NCBI RefSeq assembly: GCF_036508315.1
Contig: NZ_DATCHP010000025.1
Location: forward strand, 95,427-159,426
Direction of reading: 5' to 3'
DNA length: 64,000 nt
Source: Acetobacterium sp.
GTDB taxonomy: Bacteria > Bacillota > Clostridia > Eubacteriales > Eubacteriaceae
The notes under the pieces were generated by a model that was given only the letters and a program-made list of their open reading frames with translations, was not told the origin of the DNA and did no database searches. This document shows positions 37,739-49,319 of this stretch, piece by piece (the stretch's first letter is position 1; the number at the start of each line of letters is the position of its first letter). A program made the position numbers and the translations under genes.

Positions 37739-38127
37739 CACTTCCTTTCTTCTGATATTACTTTTATACCCTAAGCGAATTATCTCAAACACCATTTCAG
37801 GAAAATAAGATCAATCCTTAATTTTTTTTAATTTTTACAACTGTTCCGATTTTTACAATATTACTTGATGCAAAGCGTGTAATATTAGATTTAGCAAGGA
37901 CAAAGTCGTCTGGGTTACAGTGATCAAAAACATGATTGAAGATTTTTATGAACTGGCCAATACCATCCCTGAAAATACGTGCATCTTTTAAAAGAGTCAG
38001 AATATAAAAAACGAATCATTGTAATTTAATTTACAAACCGAAAGCGAAGGTGCTCTGCGCCGATTATCAGTGTTTTATGCTAATTGGTTCGCTGGCAGGA
38101 GTCTTTAGCAACTTATCTCGAGCAGCA

Positions 38128-38170
38128 TCAGCCGTTAAGGTATTAAACCTTAACGGCTGATTTTTTTTTT
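38128..38170 (+). terminator. Strong intrinsic terminator in the gltB upstream region
   Basis: The 13-bp stem tcagccgttaagg / ccttaacggctga has a 7-nt loop and is followed by ten T residues. I see no intact plus-strand gene upstream of it. Confidence 0.7.
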
Positions 38171-38303
38171 CATATTAAAATCTTTTAAAATAGGTTATAA
38201 TAAAGTGAATGTACAAAAATCATTATTTCAATTAATACTGTTTGAATGTTTTATAGGTTGTATGGTACAGTTTGTTACAAAAAAATGGAAATCAGCATCG
38301 AGA

Positions 38304-38333
38304 AATCGTGTTAATTTATTAAATAACACGATT
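38304..38333 (+). promoter_or_regulatory. Perfect 10-bp inverted repeat about 45 nt upstream of the gltB start (candidate operator)
   Basis: AATCGTGTTA (38304-38313) and TAACACGATT (38324-38333), separated by an AT-only 10-nt spacer. The half-sites contain TGTTA and TAACA. Confidence 0.4.
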
Positions 38334-38375
38334 ATTTTGATGATTTCAAGAAATATTTTTCTGAGGAAGGTTAAG

Positions 38376-41300
38376 ATGAGTATGAAAAAAAGCTATTTAC
38401 CCCCTAAGCAGGGACTTTATGATCCGGATTTTGAACATGATGCCTGTGGTATCGGAGCGGTTGTGCATATTAAAGGGAAAAAATCCCATGATATTCTGCA
38501 ACAGGCATTAACAATTCTCGTGAATTTGCAACACCGTGGCGGAAGAGGTTTCGAAACAAACACAGGCGATGGCGCTGGTATTCTGATCCAAATTCCCCAT
38601 CGCTTTTTTGAAAAAGTTTCGCTAACAGAAGGCTTCACCTTGCCTCAATCAGGTGATTATGGATTAGGTATGCTATTTCTTCCTACTGATCCCGATGAAA
38701 GAAAAAAATGCGAACAAATATTGGAAAAAATTATTCAGGAAGAAGCTCAAAGCCTGATAGGTTGGCGAGACGTTCCCATCGATTTAGGTGATCTGGGAAA
38801 GGCAGCCATTGCCAGCATGCCTTTTATTAAGCAGGTTTTCATTAAAAAAAATCCGGAAATAAAAGATGCCATGGCCTTTGAACGCAAGCTCTACACCATT
38901 CGTAAACGAACGGAAAAGAGCATGAAAGAATTGGGCCTATCATTTTATGCTGCCAGTTTTTCTTCAAGAACCGTTGTTTATAAGGGGATGTTAACCGAAG
39001 ACCAGGTCGGCGAATTTTATACGGACTTACAGGATAAAGACGTCGATACTGCCATTGCCATGGTCCATTCCCGTTTTAGCACCAATACCTTTCCAAGCTG
39101 GGAACGGGCTCATCCAAACCGGTATTCCATCCATAATGGTGAAATAAACACACTACAGGGCAATGTCAATTGGATGTATGCCAGACAATCCATGCTGCAA
39201 AGCGAACTTTTCGGGAATGAACTGGAAAAAACATTTCCGGTTGTCGATACCGATGGCAGTGATTCCGCTGTTTTTGACAATTGTCTTGAATTTTTAAGTT
39301 TAACCGGCAGATCCCTGGCTCACAGTGCCATGATGATGATACCGGAACCCTGGTCCAAGCACCAAACCATGAGTGCTGAAAAAAAGGCTTTCTACAACTA
39401 TCATTCAAGAATGCTTGAACCCTGGGATGGTCCTGCTGCGATGGCTTTTACAGATGGCATTCGATTGGGGGCGGTCCTTGACCGAAATGGATTGCGTCCT
39501 TCCCGTTATTACGTAACAAAGGATGATATGGTTATTTTGTCATCAGAAGTTGGGGTTTTAGATATCCCCCCTGAAAATATTCTCATTAAAGAACGTATAA
39601 AACCAGGAAGAATGCTGATGATCGATACCGAAAAAGGTGAGATCATCAATGATGAAGACCTCAAGCATGAGGTTGCTTCCCAGGAACCCTATGAAGAATG
39701 GATCCAGAAACACAATTTGACTTTAGATATGTTTCCTGAACCAAAAATCACAGAAAACCCCGAAAAAGAAAGTTTAATTAAACGTCAAAAATCTTTTGGC
39801 TATACCTACGAAGATTTAAAATCATTGATTATACCCATGGCAAAGGATGGTGTCGATCCCATTGGTGCCATGGGCAACGATAGCCCCTTAGCTGTTTTGT
39901 CAGATAAGTCTCAGCTGCTTTTTAATTACTTTAAGCAAATGTTTGCCCAGGTCACCAATCCACCCATCGATGCCCTCCGGGAAGAACTGATCACCGGAAC
40001 AGAGGTCTATCTTGGCGGAGAAGGTAATTTAATCGATCCAAAACCTGAAAGCTGTCATCAGATTAGCTTGCATACGCCCATTTTAAGCAATGATGACTTG
40101 GAAAAAATCCGGGAGCTGAATGACCCCCTTATTAAAACAGTCACTTTATCAACTTTGTTTGATAATAATTCCGGTGGTGATGGATTAAACCAGGCCATGG
40201 AAACTCTGTTTGCCTTGGCGGATGAGGCTATTGAAAATGGAACAACGATTATTGTGCTTTCAGATCGCGGTGTTAATGAGAATAAAATGCCGATTCCATC
40301 GGCATTGGCAATTTCAGGACTCCATCAACATTTAATTCGCAATCTCACCCGAACGAAAATCAGCCTTATTGTGGAATCCGGGGAACCCCGGGAAGTCCAC
40401 CATTTTGCAGTATTAATCGGTTATGGTGCCACCGCCATCAATCCATACCTGGCTTTTGAAACCATCGAGAATCTCATTGAAAAAGGTTTGTTAACAGATG
40501 TTGATTCTAAAACAGCCATTAAGACATATATTAAAACCGTTACTAAAGGGGTTATCAAGGTACTCTCCAAAATGGGAATTTCAACGATTCTGAGTTATCA
40601 CGGTGCCCAGATTTTTGAAGCCGTTGGTATTAATTCAGAAGTCATTGATCGTTTTTTCACAAGAACCCCATCAAGAATTGAGGGCATCGGACTTTCTGAA
40701 ATTGCCAGAGAATCCCAAATGCGTCACGATGAAGCCTATAACAATCCCTTCTCCGACAATGAAACCCTTGATTCCGGCGGAAATTTCCAGTGGCGATCAG
40801 AAGGCGAATTCCATACCTATAATCCTGATACTGTATATAAACTGCAGACGGCTTGTCGAACCAATGATTATCAGCTTTATCAGGAGTACACACAATTGAT
40901 TAATGAACAAAGCCAAAAAATGTGCACCTTAAGAGGCCTGATGGACTTTAAAGAACGTGAACCAATTTCCATCGATGACGTTGAATCCGTTGAAAATATT
41001 TGCACCCGGTTTAAAACCGGTGCCATGTCCTATGGATCCCTCGGCAGTGAAGCCCATGAGAGCATGGCCATTGCCATGAATCGAATCGGCGGAAAAAGCA
41101 ATACCGGCGAAGGCGGCGAAGATCCGGAAAGAAATGTCCCATTACACAATGGGGATTCCCGTTGCAGCGCTATCAAACAAGTGGCTTCCGGACGTTTTGG
41201 CGTGACCAGTCATTATCTGTCCACCGCCCAGGAAATTCAGATAAAAATGGCTCAAGGAGCCAAACCCGGAGAAGGCGGACAACTCCCGGGTCGTAAAGTA

Positions 41301-42965
41301 TACCCCTGGATTGCAAAAACCCGATTTTCCACCCCGGGAGTTGGACTGATTTCGCCTCCACCTCATCATGATATTTATTCCATTGAAGATTTGGCGGAAC
41401 TGATCCATGACTTAAAAAATGCCAATCGTGAAGCCCGAATCAATGTTAAATTGGTTTCAGAAGTTGGTGTCGGCACCATTGCCGCCGGCGTTGCCAAAGG
41501 CAAGGCGGATGTTATCTTAATCAGTGGTTATGATGGCGGAACCGGTGCTTCGCCAAGAACCAGTATTCGTCATGCCGGACTTCCCTGGGAACTTGGCCTG
41601 GCCGAAACCCATCAAACCCTGGTACTTAACAATTTAAGAACCCGGGTGGTTCTTGAAACAGATGGTAAATTGTTAACCGGCAAAGATTTGGCGGTTGCGG
41701 CTCTATTAGGCGCCGAAGAATACGGATTTGCAACGGCCCCGCTTGTTATTCTAGGCTGTCTCATGATGCGGGTATGTAATTTGGATACCTGTCCTGTGGG
41801 GATTGCCACCCAAAATCCTGAACTCAGGAAATGCTTTACCGGGGATCCCGGGCATGTGGTGAATTTCATGAAATTCATTGCCCAGGACCTCAGAGAAATT
41901 ATGGCGGAACTGGGATTTAGAACAGTGAATGAAATGATTGGCCGATCGGACAAGCTTGAAATGCACAAATCCATTACTCATTGGAAAGCAAAAGGTCTTG
42001 ATCTTTCAAGTATTCTGTATCAACCCAGTGTACCAAAAGATGGGGGTTTATACTGTCAAATAAAGCAAAACCATCAATTAGAAAAATCTTTGGATCTATC
42101 CGAATTATTAACTCAATGTGAGCCAGCGTTAGAACGCGGTGAAAAAGTCACTGTTTCCGCAAAAATCAAAAATACCAATCGTGTTGTTGGAACAATTATC
42201 GGTAATGAAGTCAGCAAACGTTTCGGAGAAAACGGATTACCGGAAGATACCATTGAATTGAATTTTACGGGTTCTGCCGGACAAAGTCTCGGTGCCTTTA
42301 TTCCAAAAGGAATCACCATTAAACTGGAAGGTGATTCCAATGATTATTTCGGAAAAGGATTATCCGGAGGAAAGCTCATTATTTATCCCCCCAGAGAATC
42401 AACGTTTATTCCGGAAAAAAACATTATCATTGGGAATGTCGCCCTTTACGGAGCCACCGAGGGAGAAGCCTATATCAGAGGCGCTGCCGGGGAACGGTTT
42501 TGTGTTCGAAACAGTGGGGCAACAGCCGTGGTTGAATCCGTTGGTGATCATGGATGCGAATACATGACTGGCGGTAAGGTTGTTATCCTCGGAAAAACCG
42601 GCCGTAACTTTGCTGCCGGCATGTCAGGCGGCGTCGCCTATGTCTTGGATCATGAGGATTGCTTTGGTGATACCTGTAATTCTGATATGGTTAACCTGGT
42701 TGAAATTACCGATGAGGCCGAGTTATCCGAACTTAAAAATTTAATTCAAAAGCATACGGACTATACCAAGAGTACCTTGGGACAATCAATTTTAGATGAT
42801 TTTGATGTGCAGTCAAAGAAATTTGTAAAAGTTTTACCGAGGGATTATAAACGTATGTTAGATGCTATTAAACGTGTTGAAGCCCAAGGGCTCACCGGCG
42901 AAGAAGCATTAATGGCGGCCTTTCAAGCAAACAACAATGATTTATCACGCGTTAGCGGAAATTAG
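38376..42965 (+). CDS. gltB: Glutamate synthase large subunit
   Basis: Starts at the ATG 38376 after [35 protein letters not shown] carries the Ntn Cys. FMN, 3Fe-4S and GXGXG domains are all present. The upstream 57 codons of the ORF-track version look non-coding. Confidence 0.95.
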   Translation: MSMKKSYLPPKQGLYDPDFEHDACGIGAVVHIKGKKSHDILQQALTILVNLQHRGGRGFETNTGDGAGILIQIPHRFFEKVSLTEGFTLPQSGDYGLGMLFLPTDPDERKKCEQILEKIIQEEAQSLIGWRDVPIDLGDLGKAAIASMPFIKQVFIKKNPEIKDAMAFERKLYTIRKRTEKSMKELGLSFYAASFSSRTVVYKGMLTEDQVGEFYTDLQDKDVDTAIAMVHSRFSTNTFPSWERAHPNRYSIHNGEINTLQGNVNWMYARQSMLQSELFGNELEKTFPVVDTDGSDSAVFDNCLEFLSLTGRSLAHSAMMMIPEPWSKHQTMSAEKKAFYNYHSRMLEPWDGPAAMAFTDGIRLGAVLDRNGLRPSRYYVTKDDMVILSSEVGVLDIPPENILIKERIKPGRMLMIDTEKGEIINDEDLKHEVASQEPYEEWIQKHNLTLDMFPEPKITENPEKESLIKRQKSFGYTYEDLKSLIIPMAKDGVDPIGAMGNDSPLAVLSDKSQLLFNYFKQMFAQVTNPPIDALREELITGTEVYLGGEGNLIDPKPESCHQISLHTPILSNDDLEKIRELNDPLIKTVTLSTLFDNNSGGDGLNQAMETLFALADEAIENGTTIIVLSDRGVNENKMPIPSALAISGLHQHLIRNLTRTKISLIVESGEPREVHHFAVLIGYGATAINPYLAFETIENLIEKGLLTDVDSKTAIKTYIKTVTKGVIKVLSKMGISTILSYHGAQIFEAVGINSEVIDRFFTRTPSRIEGIGLSEIARESQMRHDEAYNNPFSDNETLDSGGNFQWRSEGEFHTYNPDTVYKLQTACRTNDYQLYQEYTQLINEQSQKMCTLRGLMDFKEREPISIDDVESVENICTRFKTGAMSYGSLGSEAHESMAIAMNRIGGKSNTGEGGEDPERNVPLHNGDSRCSAIKQVASGRFGVTSHYLSTAQEIQIKMAQGAKPGEGGQLPGRKVYPWIAKTRFSTPGVGLISPPPHHDIYSIEDLAELIHDLKNANREARINVKLVSEVGVGTIAAGVAKGKADVILISGYDGGTGASPRTSIRHAGLPWELGLAETHQTLVLNNLRTRVVLETDGKLLTGKDLAVAALLGAEEYGFATAPLVILGCLMMRVCNLDTCPVGIATQNPELRKCFTGDPGHVVNFMKFIAQDLREIMAELGFRTVNEMIGRSDKLEMHKSITHWKAKGLDLSSILYQPSVPKDGGLYCQIKQNHQLEKSLDLSELLTQCEPALERGEKVTVSAKIKNTNRVVGTIIGNEVSKRFGENGLPEDTIELNFTGSAGQSLGAFIPKGITIKLEGDSNDYFGKGLSGGKLIIYPPRESTFIPEKNIIIGNVALYGATEGEAYIRGAAGERFCVRNSGATAVVESVGDHGCEYMTGGKVVILGKTGRNFAAGMSGGVAYVLDHEDCFGDTCNSDMVNLVEITDEAELSELKNLIQKHTDYTKSTLGQSILDDFDVQSKKFVKVLPRDYKRMLDAIKRVEAQGLTGEEALMAAFQANNNDLSRVSGN

Positions 42966-42982
42966 TGAGGAAGTAAAAGAAT

Positions 42983-44464
42983 ATGGGAAAATCAACAGGA
43001 TTTTTAGAATATAAACGAGAAGTGCCGAAAGATCGTGCACCTCTCGAGCGCATAAAAGATTGGAAAGAATTCCATTTGGAGCTCCCTGAGGCTAAACAAC
43101 AAATCCAGGGGGCACGTTGCATGGATTGCGGTATCCCCTATTGTCACTCAGGGATTATGATTGCCGGTGCAGCCTCTGGCTGCCCAATCCATAATTTAAT
43201 TCCAGAATGGAATGATCTTATTTATAAGGGTTTATGGAAAGAAGCTTTAGCAAGACTGCTTAAAACAAATAATTTTCCGGAATTCACCGGAAGGGTTTGC
43301 CCTGCTCCCTGTGAAGGATCATGTACTGTCGGACTAAACCAACCTCAGGTCACCATTAAAACAAATGAATGTGCCATCATTGATCGCGGGTTTAAAGAAG
43401 GATGGATAAAACCGAATCCACCTAAAAATCGTACCGGTAAAAAAATCGCCATTGTCGGTTCCGGTCCAGCCGGTCTTGCCTGTGCGGATGAACTAAATAA
43501 AGCAGGGCATTCGGTTACTGTCTACGAACGGGAAAATCGCATTGGCGGGCTTCTCATGTATGGCATCCCGAATATGAAACTCGATAAAATTGAAGTGGTT
43601 CAACGCCGCATTGATTTTATGAACGCCGAAGGCATTGACTTTTTAACTGATATTGAGGTTGGAAAAGACCTTGCCATTGAAACCATTCAATCCGAATATG
43701 ATGCCATTGTTTTATGTGGCGGTGCTACAAAACCAAGAGACTTGCCTGTTGAGGGAAGATCTCTGGACGGCGTTTATTTTGCCATTGATTTTTTAAGTGA
43801 AAATACAAAAAGTTTATTGGATTCTGATTTAAAAGATGGAAAATATATTTCAGCCAAAAATAAAGATGTTATTGTTATTGGCGGCGGTGACACTGGAACA
43901 GATTGTGTTGCAACCTCCATACGCCATGGTTGTAAAAATGTGATTCAGCTGGAAATTATGCCGAAGGCACCTCTTGACCGAGCTGAAAATAATCCCTGGC
44001 CTCAGTGGCCCAAAACTTATAAATTGGATTACGGACAAGAAGAAGCACAGGCTTTGTATGGGGACGATCCCAGACATTACTCGATCACAACAAAAAAAAT
44101 TGTTGGAAATTCAGATGGCACAGTCAAAGAGATTCATACCGTTGAAATTGAATGGACTCAGGATAGTACTGGGAAAATGATCATGAGTGAAATTCCGGGA
44201 AGCGATAAAATATTAACCGCGGATCTGGTCTTACTGGCCATGGGATTTCTTGGACCAGATGATCAATTAATTGACCAATTGGGATTAGAACGGGACAATC
44301 GCTCAAATGTAAAAGCTGAAGTTGGATTCTACCAAACCAGCATTGAAAAAATATTTACAGCCGGTGACATGCGCAGAGGCCAAAGTCTCGTTGTGTGGGC
44401 TATTAATGAAGGCCGTGGCGCAGCAAGAGCTTGTCATGAGTATTTAATGGATTTACCTAAATAA
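42983..44464 (+). CDS. gltD: Glutamate synthase small subunit (NAD(P)H)
   Basis: 493 aa with [30 protein letters not shown] and [11 protein letters not shown]. Confidence 0.95.
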   Translation: MGKSTGFLEYKREVPKDRAPLERIKDWKEFHLELPEAKQQIQGARCMDCGIPYCHSGIMIAGAASGCPIHNLIPEWNDLIYKGLWKEALARLLKTNNFPEFTGRVCPAPCEGSCTVGLNQPQVTIKTNECAIIDRGFKEGWIKPNPPKNRTGKKIAIVGSGPAGLACADELNKAGHSVTVYERENRIGGLLMYGIPNMKLDKIEVVQRRIDFMNAEGIDFLTDIEVGKDLAIETIQSEYDAIVLCGGATKPRDLPVEGRSLDGVYFAIDFLSENTKSLLDSDLKDGKYISAKNKDVIVIGGGDTGTDCVATSIRHGCKNVIQLEIMPKAPLDRAENNPWPQWPKTYKLDYGQEEAQALYGDDPRHYSITTKKIVGNSDGTVKEIHTVEIEWTQDSTGKMIMSEIPGSDKILTADLVLLAMGFLGPDDQLIDQLGLERDNRSNVKAEVGFYQTSIEKIFTAGDMRRGQSLVVWAINEGRGAARACHEYLMDLPK

Positions 44465-44509
44465 AATTAACCATAACTGTAGATAGAATTTGCAAATAAA
44501 ACATTTTAA

Positions 44510-44547
44510 CCCTTCTGGAACAAGACTAATCCAGAAGGGGGTTTTTT
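44510..44547 (+). terminator. Intrinsic terminator after gltD
   Basis: cccttctgg / ccagaaggg stem followed by ggtttttt. Confidence 0.75.
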
Positions 44548-44581
44548 AGTAAAAAGTTAGAAATGTAAGTGAGGAATTATT

Positions 44582-45238
44582 ATGGGCAAGCTGCTTATTA
44601 TTAAAACAGGGGCTTCTGATCAATCAATTATAAAAAAATGTGGGGATTGTGATGTTCGTATTGCCAGATGTGCCGGTATTCCCTATGAAGATATAAAAGT
44701 CTTAGACGTACAGGGAAAAATAAATCTCATTTCATTGGATGATGTATCTTCAATTATTATTACCGGTTCCCCATCCATGGTAACAAGCTTTGAACCCTGG
44801 AGTATTTCAACATCAAAATGGATAAAAAATATTGCCAGGAAGAAAAACATCCCTATTTTAGGCATTTGCTATGGGCATCAACTTTTAGCTTTGACCTTTG
44901 GCGGAGCTGTCGGTTATCATGATTTAGGTGAAGAAAAAGGTGAAGTTGAGATTCAATTAACAGAGGCAGGAAAAAAAGACCCGCTACTCAGCGTTTTACC
45001 TGATCACTTTAAAGCCTATGCTGCACATTTTCAGTCGGTAACCAGACTCCCTAAAGATGCCATCGTTCTTGCTAAAAACGATTTTGAACCTTTCCATGCA
45101 GTTGCCTATGGCCCAAAAATATGGGGAGTCCAGTTTCATCCCGAGTGCAACGATCAATTTCTTTGCGAATCCACTTGTGAATATTCATATGGAGTCATTT
45201 TAATTAGACGATTTCTTGAACTTGCGGAGCAAGCTTAA
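44582..45238 (+). CDS. Class I glutamine amidotransferase-like protein
   Basis: 218 aa with the GICYGHQLL nucleophile elbow and VQFHPE. Confidence 0.75.
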   Translation: MGKLLIIKTGASDQSIIKKCGDCDVRIARCAGIPYEDIKVLDVQGKINLISLDDVSSIIITGSPSMVTSFEPWSISTSKWIKNIARKKNIPILGICYGHQLLALTFGGAVGYHDLGEEKGEVEIQLTEAGKKDPLLSVLPDHFKAYAAHFQSVTRLPKDAIVLAKNDFEPFHAVAYGPKIWGVQFHPECNDQFLCESTCEYSYGVILIRRFLELAEQA

Positions 45239-45309
45239 AAAAGTTTCAAGTTACTTTGCTAAAAACATTCATTTGAAAATTGATGTATATATAATTTAAT
45301 CTGTTTATT

Positions 45310-46346
45310 TTATTGTGCAATTTCATCAACGATTGTTAAAAATCGCTTTTCGTAAAATTCCAATGCCTTTGCCTGTTCTATTTTTACTTGGTTACTGATG
45401 GTTTCATAATTGTCAAATAACAATTCCACAATGCGTTTATCCAATAATTTTTTGTCTGTTTGACTTTTTAAAATCTTATGAATGGCATCTTTATCCATGC
45501 CTTTTCGATAGGGTCTATCTTCCGATATTGCAGTAAATATATCTGCAACCGTTATTATTCTGGAACCAGTGCCAATTTCTTCAGCTTTACAGTGAAACGG
45601 ATAACCGCTTCCATCTAATTTTTCATGATGATAAGCCGCCCACTCTGCAATGCGTTGCAATCCACCAATTGAATATATGGTATTGTATGTATAATAGGTA
45701 TGGCATCTTATAACGCCATACTCTTCAACTGTTAATTTTTCAGGTTTCTCAAGAATACTGTTTGGGATGATTAATTTTCCGATATCATGAAAATTTCCTG
45801 CGATTCGCATTGACTTGACATCCAACTCTGCCATTCCAAATAATTCAGATAACACAACCGCACATTCTGATACCCCTGAAGTATGGGTAGCCGTAAATCT
45901 TGACTTGAAATCGATGAGATCTCGATATAGGTTAGAAATGAGTGATATATCTTCCAATCCTATTTGTACATCAGTAAATGGTCCATTATTTAATAATAAT
46001 AAATATAATTGCGATGATGATTTCTTACGGTCTTAGAAATCTTTTTTAACCAGGGTATCTGTTCTAATAACAGCTCTCCCTTTATGGTATGACGATCATA
46101 ATTTGATTCTGCAAAACTATGAATTGACAATTTTTCCTCAACTGTTACTGCTCCAATATCATGTAATAATGCTGCAGTAAAAATGTTTTCAATCATCTCC
46201 GGTTCTAAATTAGCTCTTTGTGCAACCGCAAGTGCAATGAATGCTGTGCGATGTTGGTGCTGAGCGGTTAAAGGATTTGCCAAATCGATTACTTCGGATA
46301 AAGATAATAGCAAATTATTCAAGTTTACCGATAATTGTCTTTTCAA
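45310..46346 (-). pseudogene. Tandem HD / HD-GYP protein split by a frameshift (ORFs 45990-46346 and 45310-45957)
   Basis: The upstream ORF carries the first HD domain (LLHDIGAV...VRNHH) and ends in an AT-rich run. Reading one frame over from the HH codons gives QLYLLLLNNGPFTDVQIG-LEDISLISN.., which continues into the second ORF (NFHDIGKLIIP, HHEKLDGSGYP). Confidence 0.55.
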
Positions 46347-46392
46347 AAAATCATCTCCCTTTTAAGCAATTGTTTCCACTGGTGCAATAAAG

Positions 46393-46596
46393 TTAATCCA
46401 TGCATCTTTCACAGGTCATTGCATCGTAAGTGTCAGCAACAGTGATTATCCTCGATTCAAGCAGTATATTTTCGCCCTTAAGTCCATTAGGATATCCGCC
46501 GCCATCCCATCTTTCATGTTGCCCTGGGTGAAGCTGCTGGCAGCGAGGGGTGCTAACCCTTTTAGGGTGTTTTTGACCATCTCTCATAATCGGCAT
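46393..46596 (-). pseudogene. Orphan C-terminal HD-GYP fragment
   Basis: It encodes only ..[35 protein letters not shown]... No HD motif or N-terminal part lies upstream. Confidence 0.65.
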
Positions 46597-46731
46597 ATCT
46601 GAGTCAAGTAAAGATGCACAATTACTCCTTTGCCCGTATTTTCAATTAGTTTCGCATTCTATCACAGATCATTTTTTGTATCAATCCGTTGAGACAATGG
46701 AAGCAGCTTTTTAATCCATGCGGTTATTTTC

Positions 46732-48729
46732 TCATGTTGAAGCAACAGCCACCCGATCTTTTCCTTCATTTTTCGCACGATATAGAGCGATGTCAGCGCT
46801 TTTTAAGAGCGCATCACAGGTCAATCCGTGCTCTGGAAAAGCGGCAACTCCTAAGGAGAGTGTACATTTACTCAGTTGCTTATCCCAGTAAGATATTTGA
46901 AGTTCCTTGACATTCTGGCGCAGTTCCTCTGCACGCTGACGGCTGTCCTCCAGTGTCGCCTCAGGGAGCACAAAGACAAATTCGTCCCCACCGTAACGGG
47001 AAACAATATCGCCTTCACGAGTGTGTTTTACAAGAAAGTCTCCCAGCGCATGGAGCAAGGCATCCCCTCCACCATGTCCAAACGTATCATTAAACTCCTT
47101 GAAATGATCAATATCAAACATAATCAGCCCAACCGGACCTTTCTTTCGCTCAGCCCGGCTCAGCTCTCTTACCAAGTTTTCTTCCATATAGCGCCGGTTA
47201 TACAGGCCGGTGAGCGGATCGATGATAGACTGCTGGCGCAATATCTCCCTGAGTTTCAGGTTTGTCACGGCGAGTGCTATATAGTTAGATACTTCTTCCG
47301 CCAAATGCTGCTGGTGTTCAATAAAGAATGATACATCTTCATTTTTTATTGACATGCGATGAAGATGTAACAAACCCATTGCCTCACCCTGTGTTATCAT
47401 GGGAACGCAGTAACAAATAGCGATATGGGGATTTGTTATATGATTGCAGAGCATTTCATTACCGAAGGGTTCTATGACCAGATGTGGCCTCCTGCTCCTG
47501 AGTGCCCGACAGTCACTTTTCTCAAAAAACCGCTCGCTAAACACTGATTCACCCCAACGGATGACCTCCTCAACCAAATTGTTGGAGGGGCAAACCAGAC
47601 AGAGAGCACCCTGCATATCTGGAAATATTCTTTGGTTAAACTGCGCACTTAACGCGTATATCTCATCCAGACACTGAGCGCCCTGAAGCAGTTCACCCAT
47701 CTCGTTGAGCAGGCTAATCTCGCTGTTCCATATCTCCAGTTTTTTTACCGAGCCGGCAAGTTTCTCATTCGCTTCGTGAAGCTCCTTATCCGCCTGCTTG
47801 CGTTTCGTAATATCCAATATGGATGCTACGCTTTTCATAGTGCCCGGAATCATGGCAATCGTAATATACACATCTAACAATCTCCCCTGTATGTCAACAG
47901 CTCGAAATTCATAATTTATTGGTGCCATATCCAAATTTGCTCGGCGTAAACGGTGATTCTTCATGATTATCTTCTGATCATCTTTATACACAAATTCGAT
48001 AATTTTTTTCTTGCCTTCGATCTCCTCCTTACTGCATCCAAAAATCCTGCAGTACTCCGCATTGACCATAGAAATGGTCATATCTTCCTCAATAATGATT
48101 GTCGCCGATCCGGTGGTTTCAAAGACGGAACGGTATTTTTTCTCACTCTCTTTTAATTCAATACTAGTCTGATGTAACAAATCATACGCCCTGCTGAGAC
48201 TGGTGTATCCCAATATCTCATTTTTTAACAATAAAGCTACGTAGTTAAAAAATGTTTGCAAATGCTCCTGCAGTTCAGAGACGCTTATTTGCATATTTTC
48301 CATCTTTAAAACGCCAATCATATCTTTGCCGACCTGGAGTGGAAATACCCATGTATAAGCTTTTGTGAATTCTGCGGTCATCATCCTGGTATCGCTGAAA
48401 TCATGTTCATGTTCCATAGACTTGCCGGTTTCAAATACCTTTTTTACCAGAGGATCATCGATGCTGTCGAACTGAGCTTTTTTACCGAATGTATCAGCAT
48501 AGTGATATTTATGATCAATCATGTAATAGATCATAATATTGATACCGCCAATATTACTCAGTAAAATCATCAACATATTTTCGATGGTGGCTTCAAGGCC
48601 CGGCGCAGTACTTAATTGATCGATCAGATGGGTGATCAATTGAAGATTTGATTTTTCCTTCGCCAAGAGCTTAAGACGTTTTTCCATGGAAGTGAATGCT
48701 TCTTTTGATATGGAAATCATTTCAGTCAT
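46732..48729 (-). CDS. Cytoplasmic GAF-PAS-GAF diguanylate cyclase (GGDEF)
   Basis: The start ATG at 48729 (GGAGGatcgctg upstream) overlaps the DUF1638 stop (TGATG). 665 aa. PAS region around SVFETTGSATIII; active-site RYGGDEFVFVL; I-site-like RQRAEE. The longer ORF-track N-terminus overlaps the upstream gene and is rejected. Confidence 0.85.
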   Translation of the reverse strand: MTEMISISKEAFTSMEKRLKLLAKEKSNLQLITHLIDQLSTAPGLEATIENMLMILLSNIGGINIMIYYMIDHKYHYADTFGKKAQFDSIDDPLVKKVFETGKSMEHEHDFSDTRMMTAEFTKAYTWVFPLQVGKDMIGVLKMENMQISVSELQEHLQTFFNYVALLLKNEILGYTSLSRAYDLLHQTSIELKESEKKYRSVFETTGSATIIIEEDMTISMVNAEYCRIFGCSKEEIEGKKKIIEFVYKDDQKIIMKNHRLRRANLDMAPINYEFRAVDIQGRLLDVYITIAMIPGTMKSVASILDITKRKQADKELHEANEKLAGSVKKLEIWNSEISLLNEMGELLQGAQCLDEIYALSAQFNQRIFPDMQGALCLVCPSNNLVEEVIRWGESVFSERFFEKSDCRALRSRRPHLVIEPFGNEMLCNHITNPHIAICYCVPMITQGEAMGLLHLHRMSIKNEDVSFFIEHQQHLAEEVSNYIALAVTNLKLREILRQQSIIDPLTGLYNRRYMEENLVRELSRAERKKGPVGLIMFDIDHFKEFNDTFGHGGGDALLHALGDFLVKHTREGDIVSRYGGDEFVFVLPEATLEDSRQRAEELRQNVKELQISYWDKQLSKCTLSLGVAAFPEHGLTCDALLKSADIALYRAKNEGKDRVAVAST

Positions 48730-49319
48730 CAGCGATCCTCCGTCTTCCGATAAAAGGTGTTTAGCAATACTGATTCGAGATGTTCTAACGATACAGAGTT
48801 CCATCGAAGCGGCAGATCGACCTCTTTGGCAACATCCATCGCCTGCAGTTCGAATTCCCCGGAGCAGGGGGTCTTGATTCCTAAAATATATTTTCGGTCT
48901 TCGTGGAAAATATCCTTGATCATTTGTTGGTTGTTTCCAAACGTTTTCCGTATGGTTTGTTCCCAATGCAGGGCCCAGTCTTCAAAGAGGAAAAACGCAC
49001 CGTTGTTCAGTTCTTCCATATACCGCTCTGTCCCCAGCAGCATTTCCACGCAATTCTGACCGGGAGTCCTGAAGGTATGATGATCCTGCAATATTTTGTC
49101 CATAAGGGGATGACATTCGCCGTAAAAAACAACTGTATTTCGGTCTGAATACTGTTGCAGAACGGCTGTCAGGCCCTTTGACAGCGCCTTAAAATTAACA
49201 TGAAGTGATGAATTGATAAAAACAGTATCTACCGCCCAATCGTTTTTGGAAATTATATAGTTGATCTCGTTTTTTAAGATACCGCAACCTACCAGCAGAA
49301 GCTTGTCAGTATTCTCCAT
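48729..49319 (-). CDS. DUF1638 domain protein
   Basis: 196 aa with LLVGCGILKNEI and VFYGECHPLMD. The family is recalled as being linked to corrinoid methyltransferase loci. Confidence 0.6.
   Translation of the reverse strand: MENTDKLLLVGCGILKNEINYIISKNDWAVDTVFINSSLHVNFKALSKGLTAVLQQYSDRNTVVFYGECHPLMDKILQDHHTFRTPGQNCVEMLLGTERYMEELNNGAFFLFEDWALHWEQTIRKTFGNNQQMIKDIFHEDRKYILGIKTPCSGEFELQAMDVAKEVDLPLRWNSVSLEHLESVLLNTFYRKTEDR

Noticed and set aside
27800-37800. Integrated mobile element or genomic island call
   Set aside because: The region is full of gene fragments and duplicated promoter pieces. However, I found no integrase, transposase, inverted terminal repeats or flanking direct repeats within the window. 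I describe it as a decayed metal-homeostasis region, not as a mobile element.
38020-38035. Canonical GlnR/TnrA box
   Set aside because: The half-sites fit, but the spacer is 6 nt rather than 7, so I do not call it a GlnR/TnrA site. It is listed only as a candidate element.
38205-38375. 57-codon N-terminal extension of gltB in the ORF track
   Set aside because: It is AT-rich and hydrophobic or low-complexity. The conserved GltB N-terminus (..HDACGIG) starts shortly after the ATG at 38376, which has a GAGGAAGG RBS. The extension also covers the candidate operator palindrome.
48730-48966. 79-codon N-terminal extension of the GGDEF ORF
   Set aside because: It overlaps the 3' end of the DUF1638 gene in another frame. 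The internal ATG at 48729 has a GGAGG RBS and the typical stop/start overlap.
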